A stretch of DNA of 63,983 bases, filler included, from Choristocarpus tenellus KU-1152 (GCA_964200185.2; 13 parts of 13 records of this genome joined end to end with filler, not necessarily neighbours in it), one strand, 5' to 3'; positions 12,868-26,185 are shown, numbered from the whole stretch's first letter. Program-made: numbers and translations. The notes: generated from the letters alone by a model not told the origin.

Positions 12868-14626
12868 TCAAATGAGGTAATCTGAAGGTGCAGACCTCCT
12901 GTGAGACTTAAATGTCTTATACACCCTGTCCAATTTGGTGCACTTCACGTCTTTCTCATTGGAATATGTCAGGTGGTAAGCAATATTCATCCTGAAGAAC
13001 ATCTCCATAATTACTCTGAACAGCCCCCCTTCCTCCTTCAGACTGACAGGAATGTTGGCATTAATTCCAGGCAACGTTTCGTCACAATGGCCTCGTACAT
13101 AGTGCTTCGCCCGCCCCTAGACCATATCTATCGGGTTTAATTCACTGTGGTACTTTGGAAGCATGAAGCAGTGTCCTCCAAGACGCTCAACCAGAATCTT
13201 CAGACTCGGTTCTACCACCATGAAATCCAGCTGCTACCCAAGAACGTATGCCATAGTCATGCTGTTATTCCTGTCCTTGCCCCCGTCCTTGGGATAAACA
13301 AACCTCTCCCTTGCAAAACCTGTCTCATCCCCTTAACCTGTCCAACATACTCCTTGGGAGGCATGTTGGGCTGGTCGAATGGGGTTGGATCACCCTGAGC
13401 GAACGTGAGCGTCTCAATATCACCAGCTTTCATACAAGGTGTATCTGCCAACAGCCTAGTGGGTAGGAGTGGCGGCAACTTCACGCCCTTTCTCTGGCCG
13501 CCTACTCCAACATTCATTCTGGAGACAGACGCTGCACCCTCTTACAGACAGTCGTGGCAAGAAGACCAGTCAAAAAAGAATACCACCCTGTACTTCTTCT
13601 CCAGGATCACTTCAAGCAAATCCATTACATCTGCAGTGTGGTCCAACTTTTTCTCGGCATTCCAATATCCTTCTCGATTCTTACCATATTCAAGCAAGTA
13701 ATAAAGCCAGTACACATCGTCCTTGTCGTTGTATATCATGTTGAGGTCTCGATACTTCTCTGGCCTCCTACCCGTGAGCTCTCCATGTGCTGCCTTTACT
13801 GCATCAACTTCACAGCGCTCCCTCCGGACCCTACAAGCCTCCTCGACCTGTTGTTCTGTCGCGCATCCTACAGGAAACCATCCTTCGTCACTGTACTGCT
13901 CTTCAACGTGGTCAGCCCTTGCCTCGGCAGCTGACTTCTCTCTGCGTGCACGCTTCACCTTGGTACGCATCCGATCCCCGATAGCCGCGAGATCGGTTGC
14001 GTTGCAGCTCCACCGTTTGCAATCTCAGAGCTTTTTGGAGAAGTTTCATCTCTTCCTCTTCCCACTGCTTCCAGCATTTCGACAGTGCTCTGGTCGTCCT
14101 TAGGGCTGGCACAATGTCACCCGCCGTGATTGATTCACGGAACTGACGGAAGAGCTCCTTCCTTCTTAACTTCCTAACACTACTTCGTGGACGACCAGAC
14201 CCATCGCGACTCTCTCTGTGGTTCCTCACTGCACCAAGTTCGTCATCAGAATCGTTAGCGCCTGCACTGACTGATCGTGGAGAGCTACACGAGAGGTAAT
14301 GTGTTGCTGGCTGTCCCCTGCGTCTGGCTACGACCCTTGACCTCCCTCCCCCTTGCGTTTCCCCAAGAGATCTGACCACTCCTCGACAGAGAGAGAGCTG
14401 AAGAAATCTGCTCACCATCCAGGTCGTGACTATGCCTGCCCTTCGTTGATTTGAGCGTCCAGTTGCAGCACTCCACGACTTCGCCCTTCACGCCTTGTGG
14501 ACGAACGGAAATCCCCAGCCAATATCCCTGGCCCCTGGCCTCCCAGTGGTACAGGACGAACTCCAATCCATCAGGGATTGACCGCACCACAAGGTTGACG
14601 TCGTCAGGTGACAACTCGGAGTTCAT
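12868..14626 (-). mobile_element. Pseudogenised IS630/Tc1/mariner-superfamily DDE transposase, long-insert type
   Basis: Motifs EYGKNREGYWN, VFFFDWSSCH, KGMRQVLQGRGL, VLG*QLDF, GHCFMLPKYHSELNPI(D)MV*G, RAKHYVR. In-frame stops and at least one frameshift. GC-richer than flanks. Confidence 0.85.
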
Positions 14627-14701
14627 TGAGCATCACAGTGTCTTGTGAGTGGCTTAAACAGTATTAAGCCGAGGTCCACCCACGTACCGTTTTGGTGGTG
14701 G

Positions 14702-15013
14702 CCAAGCTTGATTGTTTTGAAATGGTTATCCAACGATTTAATCAACGATCAGCATATCAAATGAAAGCTATGGATCTAGGCTATTGACTGATACAAAGGA
14801 AATGTTTCGGAAAATATTCTTGGTTGCGATAATTTATTCTGGAACATTTCCAAGGTTATGGCGAAAACATTTGGTCAAAATTTAACCTTACTAAAAAACA
14901 TTTTGGAAAGCATTCCTTTTGCATCAGTCGATAGCTTATATCCAGAGCTTTCATTCGGTATGCTTATCGTCGTTTAACCTGTTGGACAACCTTTTCAAGA
15001 AAATCAAGACTGG
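14702..15013. repeat. Imperfect ~110-bp inverted repeat (14702-14810 / 14905-15013)
   Basis: For example ATGAAAGCTATGGATCTAGGCTATTGACTGATACAAAGGAAATG versus the reverse complement of CATTCCTTTTGCATCAGTCGATAGCTTATATCCAGAGCTTTCAT. Confidence 0.8.
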
Positions 15014-16617
15014 TCTCATCCTAGAGGCGACTCCCAACATTGTAGGTAGTAAGTGCCCTTTTGATGTAACAGGAAAATGTCAACAAAGCAAAGGGAAAAA
15101 ACCTAATCAGATAAAAAATAATATGCACAGCAACAAAGAAACGGTAGAGAAGTGCCAAATTAACGATGTGCTTACATCATCTGTCACATACACTATACAA
15201 AACACCCCATGACAAGAGCGGTGCTGGATTCCAACCCTCGTAGACCAACAAGGGTAGCCTCGTCAGGTTTTGTAGCACTTCCCATTCTTGTTCCTACCGC
15301 AATGTGCCTTTCACCATACTGAAACAACGTGTTTAATTTTTACTGATCTAGGTGTTGATATCAGGATAAAAACCTTGTGGAAACAACCCCCTCTCTTGTA
15401 CAGCTCGAGAGGTCATATGGCACGGTCCATTTATATCCCTATTGCTCTTTTCTTCTTATGCTCTCCATTGAACCGAAAAAATAAAATTAATTGTCGCGAA
15501 ATTTACCCAACTTGACTTATCTGCCTGTTGGCCACATTGATTGCGCACACCAGCACAAAACGTGCACAAGTTCATCAGTAGAAACCTTTGTTGTATATCA
15601 TGCCTGTCTACTACCCATCACGAAACAATGTAGACTGTGCATCCTCATATATATCTTCTCTTCTCATGAATTCATATTTCCACCCTTCTCATACTTCAAC
15701 TCATCAGAAATACCCCATACTCGAACAGTGTAAGACAATATAATGCACCCTAAGCCTTCATTCTTCGGAACTATGAAAAACAACCCATATATATATATAC
15801 ATGTATCGATAATATACAGCGCTCAGGATTGTGTAAGGGGGAACAAGAAAGGAATCTGTGTTTTGTGGAAGCAACAAGTAATTCGGAACAACATGATACG
15901 ACAGTGGGAAATACCAAGGATTTGATGGAAACAACGCATGACTGTCAGTCCCTTCCTGGGGTATTGGTTGAAGGTGACCCAATCTGGTCAAGGTGATACC
16001 TAGGGATAATAAGAAGCAAACTCAGTTGAAGTTATTTGAGAGGATGAAAAGGAAAAGGTTAGTCAGTCCACTGCGGAAGAGTCGACCACTACTGGAAAGG
16101 GGTCGTCATTTCACTTCTCTGATTCTACTTGGTGTGGTGCCTGGTCGTAAAATATTTGAGTTGAAACAGTGGTTGGTATACCTTATAATACTAGTCTTTA
16201 ACACTATTCTGTAAAAACGAAATAATGCCTGATTCAACGTGAGGAGAAGCAAAACTGGTAGACATTCCTAGTCCTTCCCACATGGAGCCTTCATCATCTA
16301 AAACAAATTCCAATGTAAATTAGGTTGTGTGTGGAGGGTGTGTGGTGTATTCTTGTACGGCTTCTAGTGATGAGGTACAGGACGCCCATTATGCATGTCA
16401 GTTCCAGAGTATTGTGAAGAATATGATATGAATAATACGAATGAAAATAAACCATCAACTCGTTAGTCCCAGATGATGTAATTGGCGGTTGAGTGTTACT
16501 GGATAGGGCATCTTCAATAGTGATGGAGTGCTTCTTCTTATTGGCAGCTCGGGAACAAATACCTGTGTTGTGTGTTGTGTGTTGATAACTTCGAAACAGA
16601 ACTCCACCATAAGATCA

Positions 16618-16877
16618 GAGTCAAAGTATCTTAGAGGGTAGAGTCGCGTCCATTTGGGGGTCAAACTCTAATGATGCGATTTTGATTTAATTTTGGTTAT
16701 CGCGTTTGTTAGGAAGTGTCAAGATCTATGTTTCGGACAAACCTTTTCAGAACGTAAACATTTTACCTACTCCGAAATATTTTGGACTAGGAAAATGTCA
16801 TAAAAAACCCCTGAGGGAAGCCAAGCCCCAAATAAATAAATAGGGCAAAACTCGTACCCTCTAAGATACTTTTACTC
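16618..16877 (+). mobile_element. MITE family A copy 4 (TSD ATCA)
   Basis: Full TIRs; flanks atca|...|atca. Confidence 0.93.
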
Positions 16878-17178
16878 ATCAGTAATTACTCCGGAGTATT
16901 TGTTTGATGTTGCCTTGTATTCTTGACTAACCACTTCAATCTTGTTTACAAGCTTATGTATGTGGGATCTCTCTATGGGTATAGAAATGTAATGGATATT
17001 TGTTGCTAACAATTGTACTACTCTCTTTTGTGTGGAATAATATTAACACTATTTAATTATACTAAGCGGACAAAAACATTGAAATAGTATGATGTATATC
17101 AGGATCCTTAGAAACCGCAAAATCCTTATTTGAAACTAATTTTAACCAAGGGCAAAATCCGTGACACAATATATATGA

Positions 17179-17477
17179 ACCCCCTCGGGGCGCAGGAGTA
17201 GGTAGATGGGAAGCACGGGAAGACAGTAGTACAATATTTGATAGTGGTGAAGTAACTGATAGATTAGTGGTCTACACACTTAGTTTTATAGTGTTCTCAC
17301 GTTTAGGATATTTTATTTCTTTAGGGCTAATAACGACATATGTATAGTTTTCATTGGTTTTCCCTGCAAAATGTCAGAGGGCATAATAATATATATATAT
17401 ATGAACTTCTAATTGCATTGTTGTAGTAGACCTTAAATCATTATTTTGATTATGATGCCCTCTGACATTTTGTAGAT
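17179..17477. repeat. Repeat family D (long inverted arms). Copies or arms at 6340-6670, 17179-17477, 17618-17872 and 20982-21090
   Basis: Core CTGACACATCTGCAAAATGTCAGAGGGCATA occurs in both orientations. 17179-17385 and 17618-17870 are close homologues. Confidence 0.75.
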
Positions 17478-18199
17478 NNNNNNNNNNNNNNNNNNNNNNN
17501 NNNNNNNNNNNNNNNNNNNNNTTAATTAATTAANNNNNNNNNNNNNNNNNNNNNNNNNNNNNNNNNNNNNNNNNNNNGTGTCATGCATTTTAACCTGGAT
17601 TCACCAGGGAGATGGGCACGGAGGTGTCTGTTGGATTCTTGGGATGCTTCCTTAGCGTCCCCCCCCCGAGGCACAGGAGTAGGTAGATGGGAAGATAGGA
17701 AGACAGTAGTACAATATTTGATAGTGTTGAAGTAACTGATTAGTGGTTTCCACACTTACAATGTTTTATAGTGTTCTTATGTTTAGGATATTTCTTTAGG
17801 GCTAATAACGACATATATATAGTTTTCATTGGTTTCCCCCCTGACACATCTGCAAAATGTCAGAGAGCATAAATAATAAAATAAACTACACTTGTATAGA
17901 CAAATCAAAACTACAACCGTAGCCGTACCGTTAAGGAACAATTACCTAAACTGTACACTACAGGGCAACGTACCACTAAATGAAGATGCAAAAACTGTTG
18001 TTAACCGTACTATGAATCATCTCGTTTGTGTTCGTTTTCTGGAATAGTGCTATATTGAATCATGAGATTTCCCCAAGGTATCCTTCCTGTCGACCTCTTT
18101 CCTGCACCTTTATCAGGTGCTTTTCCTCCCTGTGGATGGTAGGGGTTTGGACTGAGTGACGTTTGTCCTACCTCGGACGAAGTTGGTCATCCGTGAAGA

Positions 18200-18540
18200 G
18201 TACTTGTTTTGAGGGACCTTGTTGCAGGGCTACTCGTGAATGCGGGGATTGCTATCGCCTGTATCAACACCACGGTTCTCTACTCCAACTCCTGGAGTGT
18301 CTTCTCTATCCCGCGAACCTTTGCTGCCCCCCTCTCCATCATAGACCCATGCCGGCCACGAGTGTTGATTTCTTGCCTGAATCTGTAAAGAGGAGACCCC
18401 TCCGTTTTTGCTAATAATGTTGTCCATCGAAAGAAAATAGACAGTGCAGATAAAATTTGCTCGAAATTCTCGATGTAGTCGATAATATTTGAGCCATGCG
18501 CGAAGCGAACGGGGCGAGCCAAAATGGCCATTGGGTGATG
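18200..18540 (-). mobile_element. Gag-like N-terminal fragment of an LTR retrotransposon
   Basis: RPVRFAHGSNIIDYIENFEQIL resembles the P..F.G....D.I..FE opening of gypsy Gag. Confidence 0.4.
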
Positions 18541-19046
18541 AAACGTCCTCCTGGATGCTTTTTTTTTGCAGATACTCCTCATTTCCGTGGTCTTGTCACA
18601 CTAATAGATACATTTTGATGTGATGTCTGAAAAATGCTCACATGCACGTCTTGCAGAAGAAGGGACTGAAGAGTTGTCAAGGGGACGTTGTGGAATGAGA
18701 TCGATTAAACTCAACATTTGTAACACCTTTTATGTCTGTTTGTGTATGTATGCACTTGTAGCTACACATTGCTGCTACAACTATATAATCCTCAGATGGA
18801 ATCCATTCGATCGCCTTGTTGGCAGCCTTCCATGTATCTGTTAAAGTGTATCCCGCCTCATGTAGCAGTAGGCGTGATTAGTTTACATGTAGATGGGTAT
18901 ACGAACCATCTGTGAGAGCAGAAGTATTTCTATTTACACGAGAAGGTCTGGTTTACCAAGATGACTATAAACTCTGATTCCACAACAATTTGCTAGATTT
19001 TTCCGGTTGAGTTGAAAGAGTCTATTCGAGCAGCATCCACCTTCAT

Positions 19047-19400
19047 CTATGTTTTGCGAAGGAAGACAAGGAGCTGTATATTTCCTGGGTCCAGCCTGCT
19101 CTCTTTGAGGCGTCAATATTCCCAGTGTTTTGAGTCTGCTCGTCTTGATGTGTCGTAGGAATGGCCAAAAGACAAGTTTGGCCAAGCGCAGAAATTTTGA
19201 TCTCCTTTCTAGCTACCACTTGAGTGATTTGTTATGAACTCCACTGTCCATATCAATTTTTGGGAGCCCTCCTGCAATCTTGAAGGCATCAACCTCTACA
19301 TGCATATGCTGCTCCTTCCATGTGCTTCCTGACCATGTGTTCCAATATCCCACCACCTGAACTCCCACACACATTGCAAGGGAAACTCTTGTGGTCCCCT
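19047..19400 (-). mobile_element. hAT transposase remnant (C-terminal dimerisation domain) with an upstream C2H2-like zinc finger
   Basis: LKW*LERRSKFLRLAKL..LAIPT.., GILTPQR..RLDPGNIQLLVFLRKT* across frameshifts; FPCNVCG..EHMVRKH at ~19320-19390. Further decayed coding-like sequence runs to ~20760. Confidence 0.65.
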
Positions 19401-21479
19401 AGCGTCTTGTTCGGGAGGGCTGGCCCTGCTCAAGATGAGGAGTACATGGACGTGGGCTTGGTTTCATTTTTTGGGGGTTTTCTCCGCCTCCTATGCTCTG
19501 TGCTCCTCTTTCACAACGCCCAGAACTTCCAACCCCACCTGCCTCCAAAGGTCTTCATACTCGTTATCTGGAATCCCGTAGTAGTGATTTTCAATGTGGG
19601 GTCGAGACAGGTAGCCAGGACTAGCTTCTACTTAAACCCTATGAGCTGTCTGTTCTCATCATCAGAGTACTGGGCAATATACCTACCTGTACTGAAAAAA
19701 AGTGGTTCACGAAATCAGATAATATCGCGCTTACACACTGGTATGAAGCGTTTTTCGTTTCCACTTGTCTAGGGGTGGTGGCTTTGAAGACACTACAGGA
19801 TTGCATTGCTTTCTCCACCTCAGTCATACACCAAAGACAATGAGGACAACTAAAGACTCTAAAGACACCAAAGACATTATCACACATGTATCGCCCTCGA
19901 GAGTCTTCTGTGCTTGTATGATGGGCTCAGGAAATGATTTTGAACTATACCCATCACCCGATTACAGAAAAGGAACAGGTTAAAAAGAGGAGAGATGGGA
20001 GAAGGGGAAGAAAGGTTCAAATTAGTAAAGAGGGAAAAAACAGAGGAGCAACTGACTGAAAACGACAAACATAAAACAAAGTTGGTGACCTAGACACAAT
20101 TTTTTATCTGAAGGAAGAAGGAATGGGGTGTGTATGATAGAGGCCGATGTAAAACATAGAAAGGCATTGCATACTTCCAGAAAGTTTTACAGGTGACAGG
20201 TGTGTTGTACACTTCATTCCTCCTAGAAGTGTTTCAAAAATCTGTTTTGCATTCCTAGTCCAATTACTTACCTCCCATTCAAATGTCGACAGGCGATTAT
20301 GTGACAATCAATGTTATCGGGAAGAAGGATGGTGACAGGTTTGAGGTAAAGGAAGCAGTCCACAACGGAATAATTGTATTTCCAAGGAGTCCACACATAT
20401 CCTGCATGACTTTCTTCTGCTCATTCCTCAATACCCTCCACAAATCCTCCAAGCGCTCTTTTCACTCACTGGACTTCCAATAGGCACCAACAGCTGTCTG
20501 ACCTGATTTCATGGCATCTTTTCCCAATTCCCAATCCAACGCTATCCAATCACATTCTCCAATTGGAGAACTCTTCAGTGGAAGGTTGTGATACGGAGGT
20601 CTTCCTCCTGCAAGCGAGCGACCCATCATTACCATTGATGGCTCACTATCTGCCTTCGAGGCAGGGTCTGCATCTTCATCTGGCCTTGGCCTTCCTTGCC
20701 ATCACCCTCTACGCAAGGAAGGGCATATCCAGCATATGGGTTGACGTTGCACCCATGTAGAAACCTACCCTTCCCGTCTTCAGAGTAGGTAGGCACATTC
20801 ATGGCATATTTTTGCAGTCCTAGATATATCCGTAGTGGTATCGACTAAACTTTGATTTAATTGAATCGGAATGATCGAATCGCTATAATTAATTCACTTT
20901 CCTAGTTTTTCCACGATCGTCTCGACAATCTCATTATCGTTACTATCATTATCATCATCATTATCATTATCGTTATATTTTATTATGCCCTGTGACATTT
21001 TCCAGATGTGTCAGGGAAAAAGCCAATTCAAAACCATAGGTCCCATATAAAAGTAACAATTGTCGTAGATGTGGAAGATATCTCTCCAGAATCTATTTAT
21101 TATTGACTACCAGTTACACTACACCACTCCCACAGAAGCTCGTAATTATAATGTGATGTGCACATTGCTGCTATTCCTCCGACCTAGCTTAGTCCTACAC
21201 TACAGGACGAGGAGCATTATTATCATTACTACTACCGCTGTGCCATAAGTCTGTGCAGCGTTGTCCGTAACTTTTGAAGATGATGAAATTCATTTCTGAA
21301 AGAAGTTTGAAATCCTTGACGAATTTATGGTTAGGGTCAGCTCTATTTATTATTATTACTACTCATCCATCACAATTTTATCAGCCACAGAAAAAGCCTT
21401 CATGTCTACCTTTGGCATGTTTTCAAGCTCACCAGACAACTGCCTCTTCCTTACTCCTGTGTGCTCCACACCAAATTCA

Positions 21480-22440
21480 ATCCCCGCTGTGTATCTAAGC
21501 ACTTGATTTTACACACCACAAAAAAGAGCTGCTAAGCCCTCTCAAGTGTGGTTTCATCAAAATCCTCGTACTGTTTCTTAATGACCTTCACCATCTCCTC
21601 GACGGACCCAAACCGCTCCCCCATCACCCGGCATTTCAAAGACCTCAAGAAGCATAGGTTCATGATATTGAGGTCGGGAGAGTTAGATGGCTGCGTCACA
21701 AGCATAATTGACCACCCCTCAGCCTTCCCTGTCCCTGACAAGATTTCTGAGTAGCCCTTGGCCATGTGGGGGGGGTGGCACCACCTTGCTGAACGACAAC
21801 TTGCTTCCCTTGCTACCAAGGCATCGTAGTCTCGATTGCAGGCGGTAACTCCTCCATGTACCACTTCCTGTACCAAAAATGGTCTAAAGTACAGTCCTGC
21901 TTATACACATCCCCCTATTTATGGTTGTTGCTTGTCCTGTCTGCCGTTTTTGGCGCACACACACACCAAACACCAACCTTTCCATCAAATCTTTCAGCCG
22001 AATCTGGGCGGGTGTTGGCTGCAATCATGATGTGGTTTTGGGGATATGACTCTTGTGCTGCACAGTAGAGAACCCTGGAAGTTCGCTATCATCCTCATGC
22101 TGGAATACCCTAACCCTTTCCCCATTAACCATCACGTAAAACCAGGTTTCATCCATATGGATCGTATTTGCTATGGAGGCGTACACATCACGTTCCCGGT
22201 CCACTTGATGGCAAACAAAGTACATTCTCCATACCTTTTGCTACGATTTATGCTTGGGTTTGATCTAGTGACGATTCGGCATGGCCCCCATATCATCCAA
22301 CCACCTGTTTATGGTGCTCATGGTATAATTCAGCCCCTTAGCGGCCATTTCATTGTTACCTGATGCACTGTAGATGACCGATTATCGGAGTTGATACTAT
22401 GTATTACGGCCACCTTGGTCAGTGTGAGCTCTGGAGGCCG
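21480..22440 (-). mobile_element. Degenerate mariner-like transposase, DD39D/plant-type motifs
   Basis: IHMDETWFY, VQHKSHIPK, VVVQQ(G)GATP(H), QPSNSPDLNIM(N)LCFLRSLK. Frameshifted, with the second and third catalytic Asp mutated. Confidence 0.85.
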
Positions 22441-24785
22441 CCCACTATTTGCCGCCACCCCTAGGTCATAACACTGTTGTGTGGATTTCAAAAACCATGT
22501 ATCAATATGTCCCTACATATGTTAACATCCCATCAACTACACACCACTCTCGGACATCATCTCTCACACGCTCTACTAGCGAAATACAAGGAGACATTGC
22601 TTAACGTCCCTAATGGTCAGGGTTCAAGGAATTAGGAATTCACTGCAAGGTAGGCATGGACCATACAAGTATTCATATCCATGGGAACTGGGTCGTATTT
22701 TGGTAGCATGCTACATTTAAGCCTCCCCACCGTCCTTAAATGGTATTGCTTCAAGGGGTGTGTAGTCTAGGGATGGAAATCTGCCTTTAAAAAAGAATGT
22801 CTTGGAAGAAATTGAATATGGCTCATGTGGACTGGGCTGTGGTTGGCCAATAGTTATGTCGTACAGATTTAGTTGTAATTTGGGTGTCGGGGAGGTATCT
22901 CTGGAATGGTTTCTCCCTCCCTCTTCCACTTCTTGTCAGCCTATCTTAAAAGTATCCCCTTGTAGTGTCCAAGCTATAAATGTTTTCGTCATACGTAAAC
23001 ACGTGTTGCCTTCTTACATGTGATTGTGCAGGTGTGTACTTCTGCTTAGATTGCATTGCTTGTGTGTTATTGGCGGTGTGCTTTGTTTAGGCAGTACCTA
23101 AGGTTGTGCATTTACTTGTGGTCAACACTACTAGCTGGTGTTGTGCACCTTGAACGTTTCATGTCCAGCATCTCTTTTTCGTTCATTACCTTCTTTCCTT
23201 CTTTATTCTCCTCGTTGTATCTGCATTCGCGGTGTTTTAAAAAAAATTCTCCGTACACATTTTCTCGTTTAAGACTGCTAGCAATACTATATTTTGCTCA
23301 CACAATACCACAGCCTGATGTTAGAAAATGGCACAATGTCAAGATTTGTGCTTGTCGATTTGTGAGAATAACACAAGATTCGAACTCATATTGAATATAC
23401 GCACAAACGATGTTGGGGGACATTCGGGATATTTCAATGGGGCATTTGATAAGACAAAGTTCCCCCGGAATGATAGAGTAGGAGTGTTTCTGAAGTGTTC
23501 TAGACAACTGTCAGGTCTCTTGGTTTCGCTGAGTGTTACTTGCTGTAAGTTTTGGTGAAACCCATCCGGTGATGGTATCTCACTCTCTTCTCAAGTCTGA
23601 TGCAAGCAAAAAAACACTGATATAACAACTGGTTGTGTGGGACAGCATATCGTCAAGTACACGTTAACACACACAATAAATATAACATTTGCATACTCCT
23701 TTTTTTCATGTTTTTATTTACCTCACATAGAGTTTTAGGGTCACTACAATTTGCTAGAAAATGTGTCAAATATGTCGTATGGCATAAGAAATGCATCGAA
23801 CAGTGACCAACAGTAGGTGTTCTGTACAAAAAGAAAAAACCCGTTACAATCGTTAACAGGCAACAAAGGTGAAAGGAAGATCGGCAACCACCGACAAACA
23901 ACCAATGTTACGATTGCTATTTTGCAACACACAGGAAAATCCATCGACGAAAACAGTAGAAGGAAATTCCATACCCCCCCAGTGTACTGAGGATAAGATG
24001 ACATGAGAGTTGAGGCGAAGGGAAAAATGTCAATAAGAAAATGAGATTGATAAGGACAAACAAAAAACATGGGTAGGGCGAGTGTGAAAGAAATATACAT
24101 ACACTTAAGTGTCCCAAAAATGTCAGGAGTAAAAAAAAAATTCCAGGGTTACAATGCAGGCATCACACAACTCACAAGGGCGTTCACATATCTACCCAAG
24201 ACAAAAAAGCATGCCACCTGGGCCCATAGGAGACTGTAGGTAAATTAAGGATTCTCTTCCCGTCAGCTGGGTCAAAGTATATGGGGGGGGGGGGGGGGGG
24301 GGTTTTGGGGGGGGGGTGGAGCGGGAAGGCACCCCCCTTGACCCCACGCCCCCCCAAAACCNNNNNNNNNNNNNNNNNNNNNNNNNNNNNNNNNNNNNNN
24401 NNNNNTTAATTAATTAANNNNNNNNNNNNNNNNNNNNNNNNNNNNNNNNNNNNNNNNNNNNAAAAAACTCCTACAACTAAATTGCACAGCCACATGGAAT
24501 TCATCTCCTCTCTCCCCCCTCCCCCCCCACATACCTACCAAACCTTCTACAACTAAATTGCACAACCCACACACAAATTTATCTCCTCAATCACACCGAG
24601 CATTAACCCAACGCCATCTCTTTATTGGTGCTGATCTACCCTATCTTATGTAAGGTGGGCATCACTGACTGTTCACTCCCCCTGTCCCTTCCGCCCGGTG
24701 GATGTGCTTCTAGAACTTCGAAGGGGCTTTCACGTTGCCATGGAAAAAACGTTCATCTACTTTTATATACAGTCGCAGCCTCATA

Positions 24786-24830
24786 AGGGTTAGGGTTAGG
24801 GTTAGGATTAGGGTTAGGGTCAGGGTTAGG
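24786..24830 (+). repeat. Interstitial telomere-like (TTAGGG)~7
   Basis: Read directly; two variant units. Confidence 0.9.
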
Positions 24831-25110
24831 CACGTGTTTAAGGCATGGAATTGGGGTCTCACGCAGAATTTTTTTTTTTATAGCACTCCAAGAAAAGGGT
24901 CCAGATACACTCCCCTCTAAGAAAGGACTTCTGTGAGGAATGCAGCTGCATGAGATGGAGATTAGAGTTGGGACGGCTCAACTGTTGTGCTCTGACAGCA
25001 CCTACGGAACACTACGGAACCGATGCGTTTGACAGAACAACAGAACATACACATACATCAAAACAAAAGAGAATTGTTTTTATCCCTGGCATGTACGTAC
25101 GTGGTGTATG

Positions 25111-25243
25111 TTTATATTTTTTCATCATTTTCTTGTTCATGTTTTTTCATCATTTTCTTGTTTATATTTTTTCATCATTTTCTTGTTTATGTTTTTTCAT
25201 CATTTTCTTGTTTATATTTTTTCATCACTTTCTTGTTTATATT
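25111..25243. repeat. Minisatellite, 25-bp unit x ~5
   Basis: TTTATATTTTTTCATCATTTTCTTG repeated head to tail without spacers. Confidence 0.9.
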
Positions 25244-26185
25244 TATCCATGGTTCACTTCTTAAAATCGCTCACGAACTAAAAAAGAAAAAATATTCTTG
25301 ATGTTTTAGTTCCTCTCTTTTTTTTTAATTACGGGATCATGTGCATACAAAATTTAAAAGACGCAATTTACATCGTGTTCCTACAAAATAGGGCATTTAT
25401 CTCACTATTCTAATGCTGTATGATCAATCACAAGCATATTATACGGCTACCATCACACAAATACTGGTAGATTAAAAATTGACAATACCAAATAAAAATA
25501 ACTATTAAAAAATTCTCTTAGAGTGCAACTATAAAATATACAAATTGGAACAGTAAGAGAGTGATGGTACATGTCAACCAAGAATATATTGACATGATCT
25601 CCAGCTGCAAAAAAGTTTTGTTTTGCAAGTAAACCTAAAGCAACACTGTTGAACTACTTCCAAAACATAAATATACATACTTTCATAAATATTTTCATAC
25701 ACACATACACACATACACATATACATACATAAACACATACATACACATACACATACATACATACATACATACATATACACACAAAAATTGAACTCTACAC
25801 ATACAACATCACATTCAAAACAACCCTCTTTTGAGTTCAGCCTGTATACTACCTTGTAGCCTTTCTAGCATCAAAGCCCTTGTCACATGCTTCCTCTCTT
25901 CAGTGTCAACTCAAAACATTTACAGGGTAGGCTGTAAATAAAAAAGAAAATATTCGTAAGACCGAATCACACTTTTTATTTTTTATTTTTGCAGTGGAGG
26001 TTTCGCAAAAACCCACTGTGAGGTTACCCTAACCAGAAACAAAATCAAAATCTGCCTAAGATGTACCTATTCTACGCCACCCACAACCAAAGCAACAACA
26101 ACAATGCCTTCCAACACAATACAAAAATTGAACACGCACGCATAAGCAAACAACCAAAACAAATAAACAACCACTCCTCTCTCAC

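Noticed and set aside
25111-25243. CRISPR-like 25-bp repeats
   Set aside because: Head-to-tail with no unique spacers, low complexity, no cas genes, eukaryotic context.
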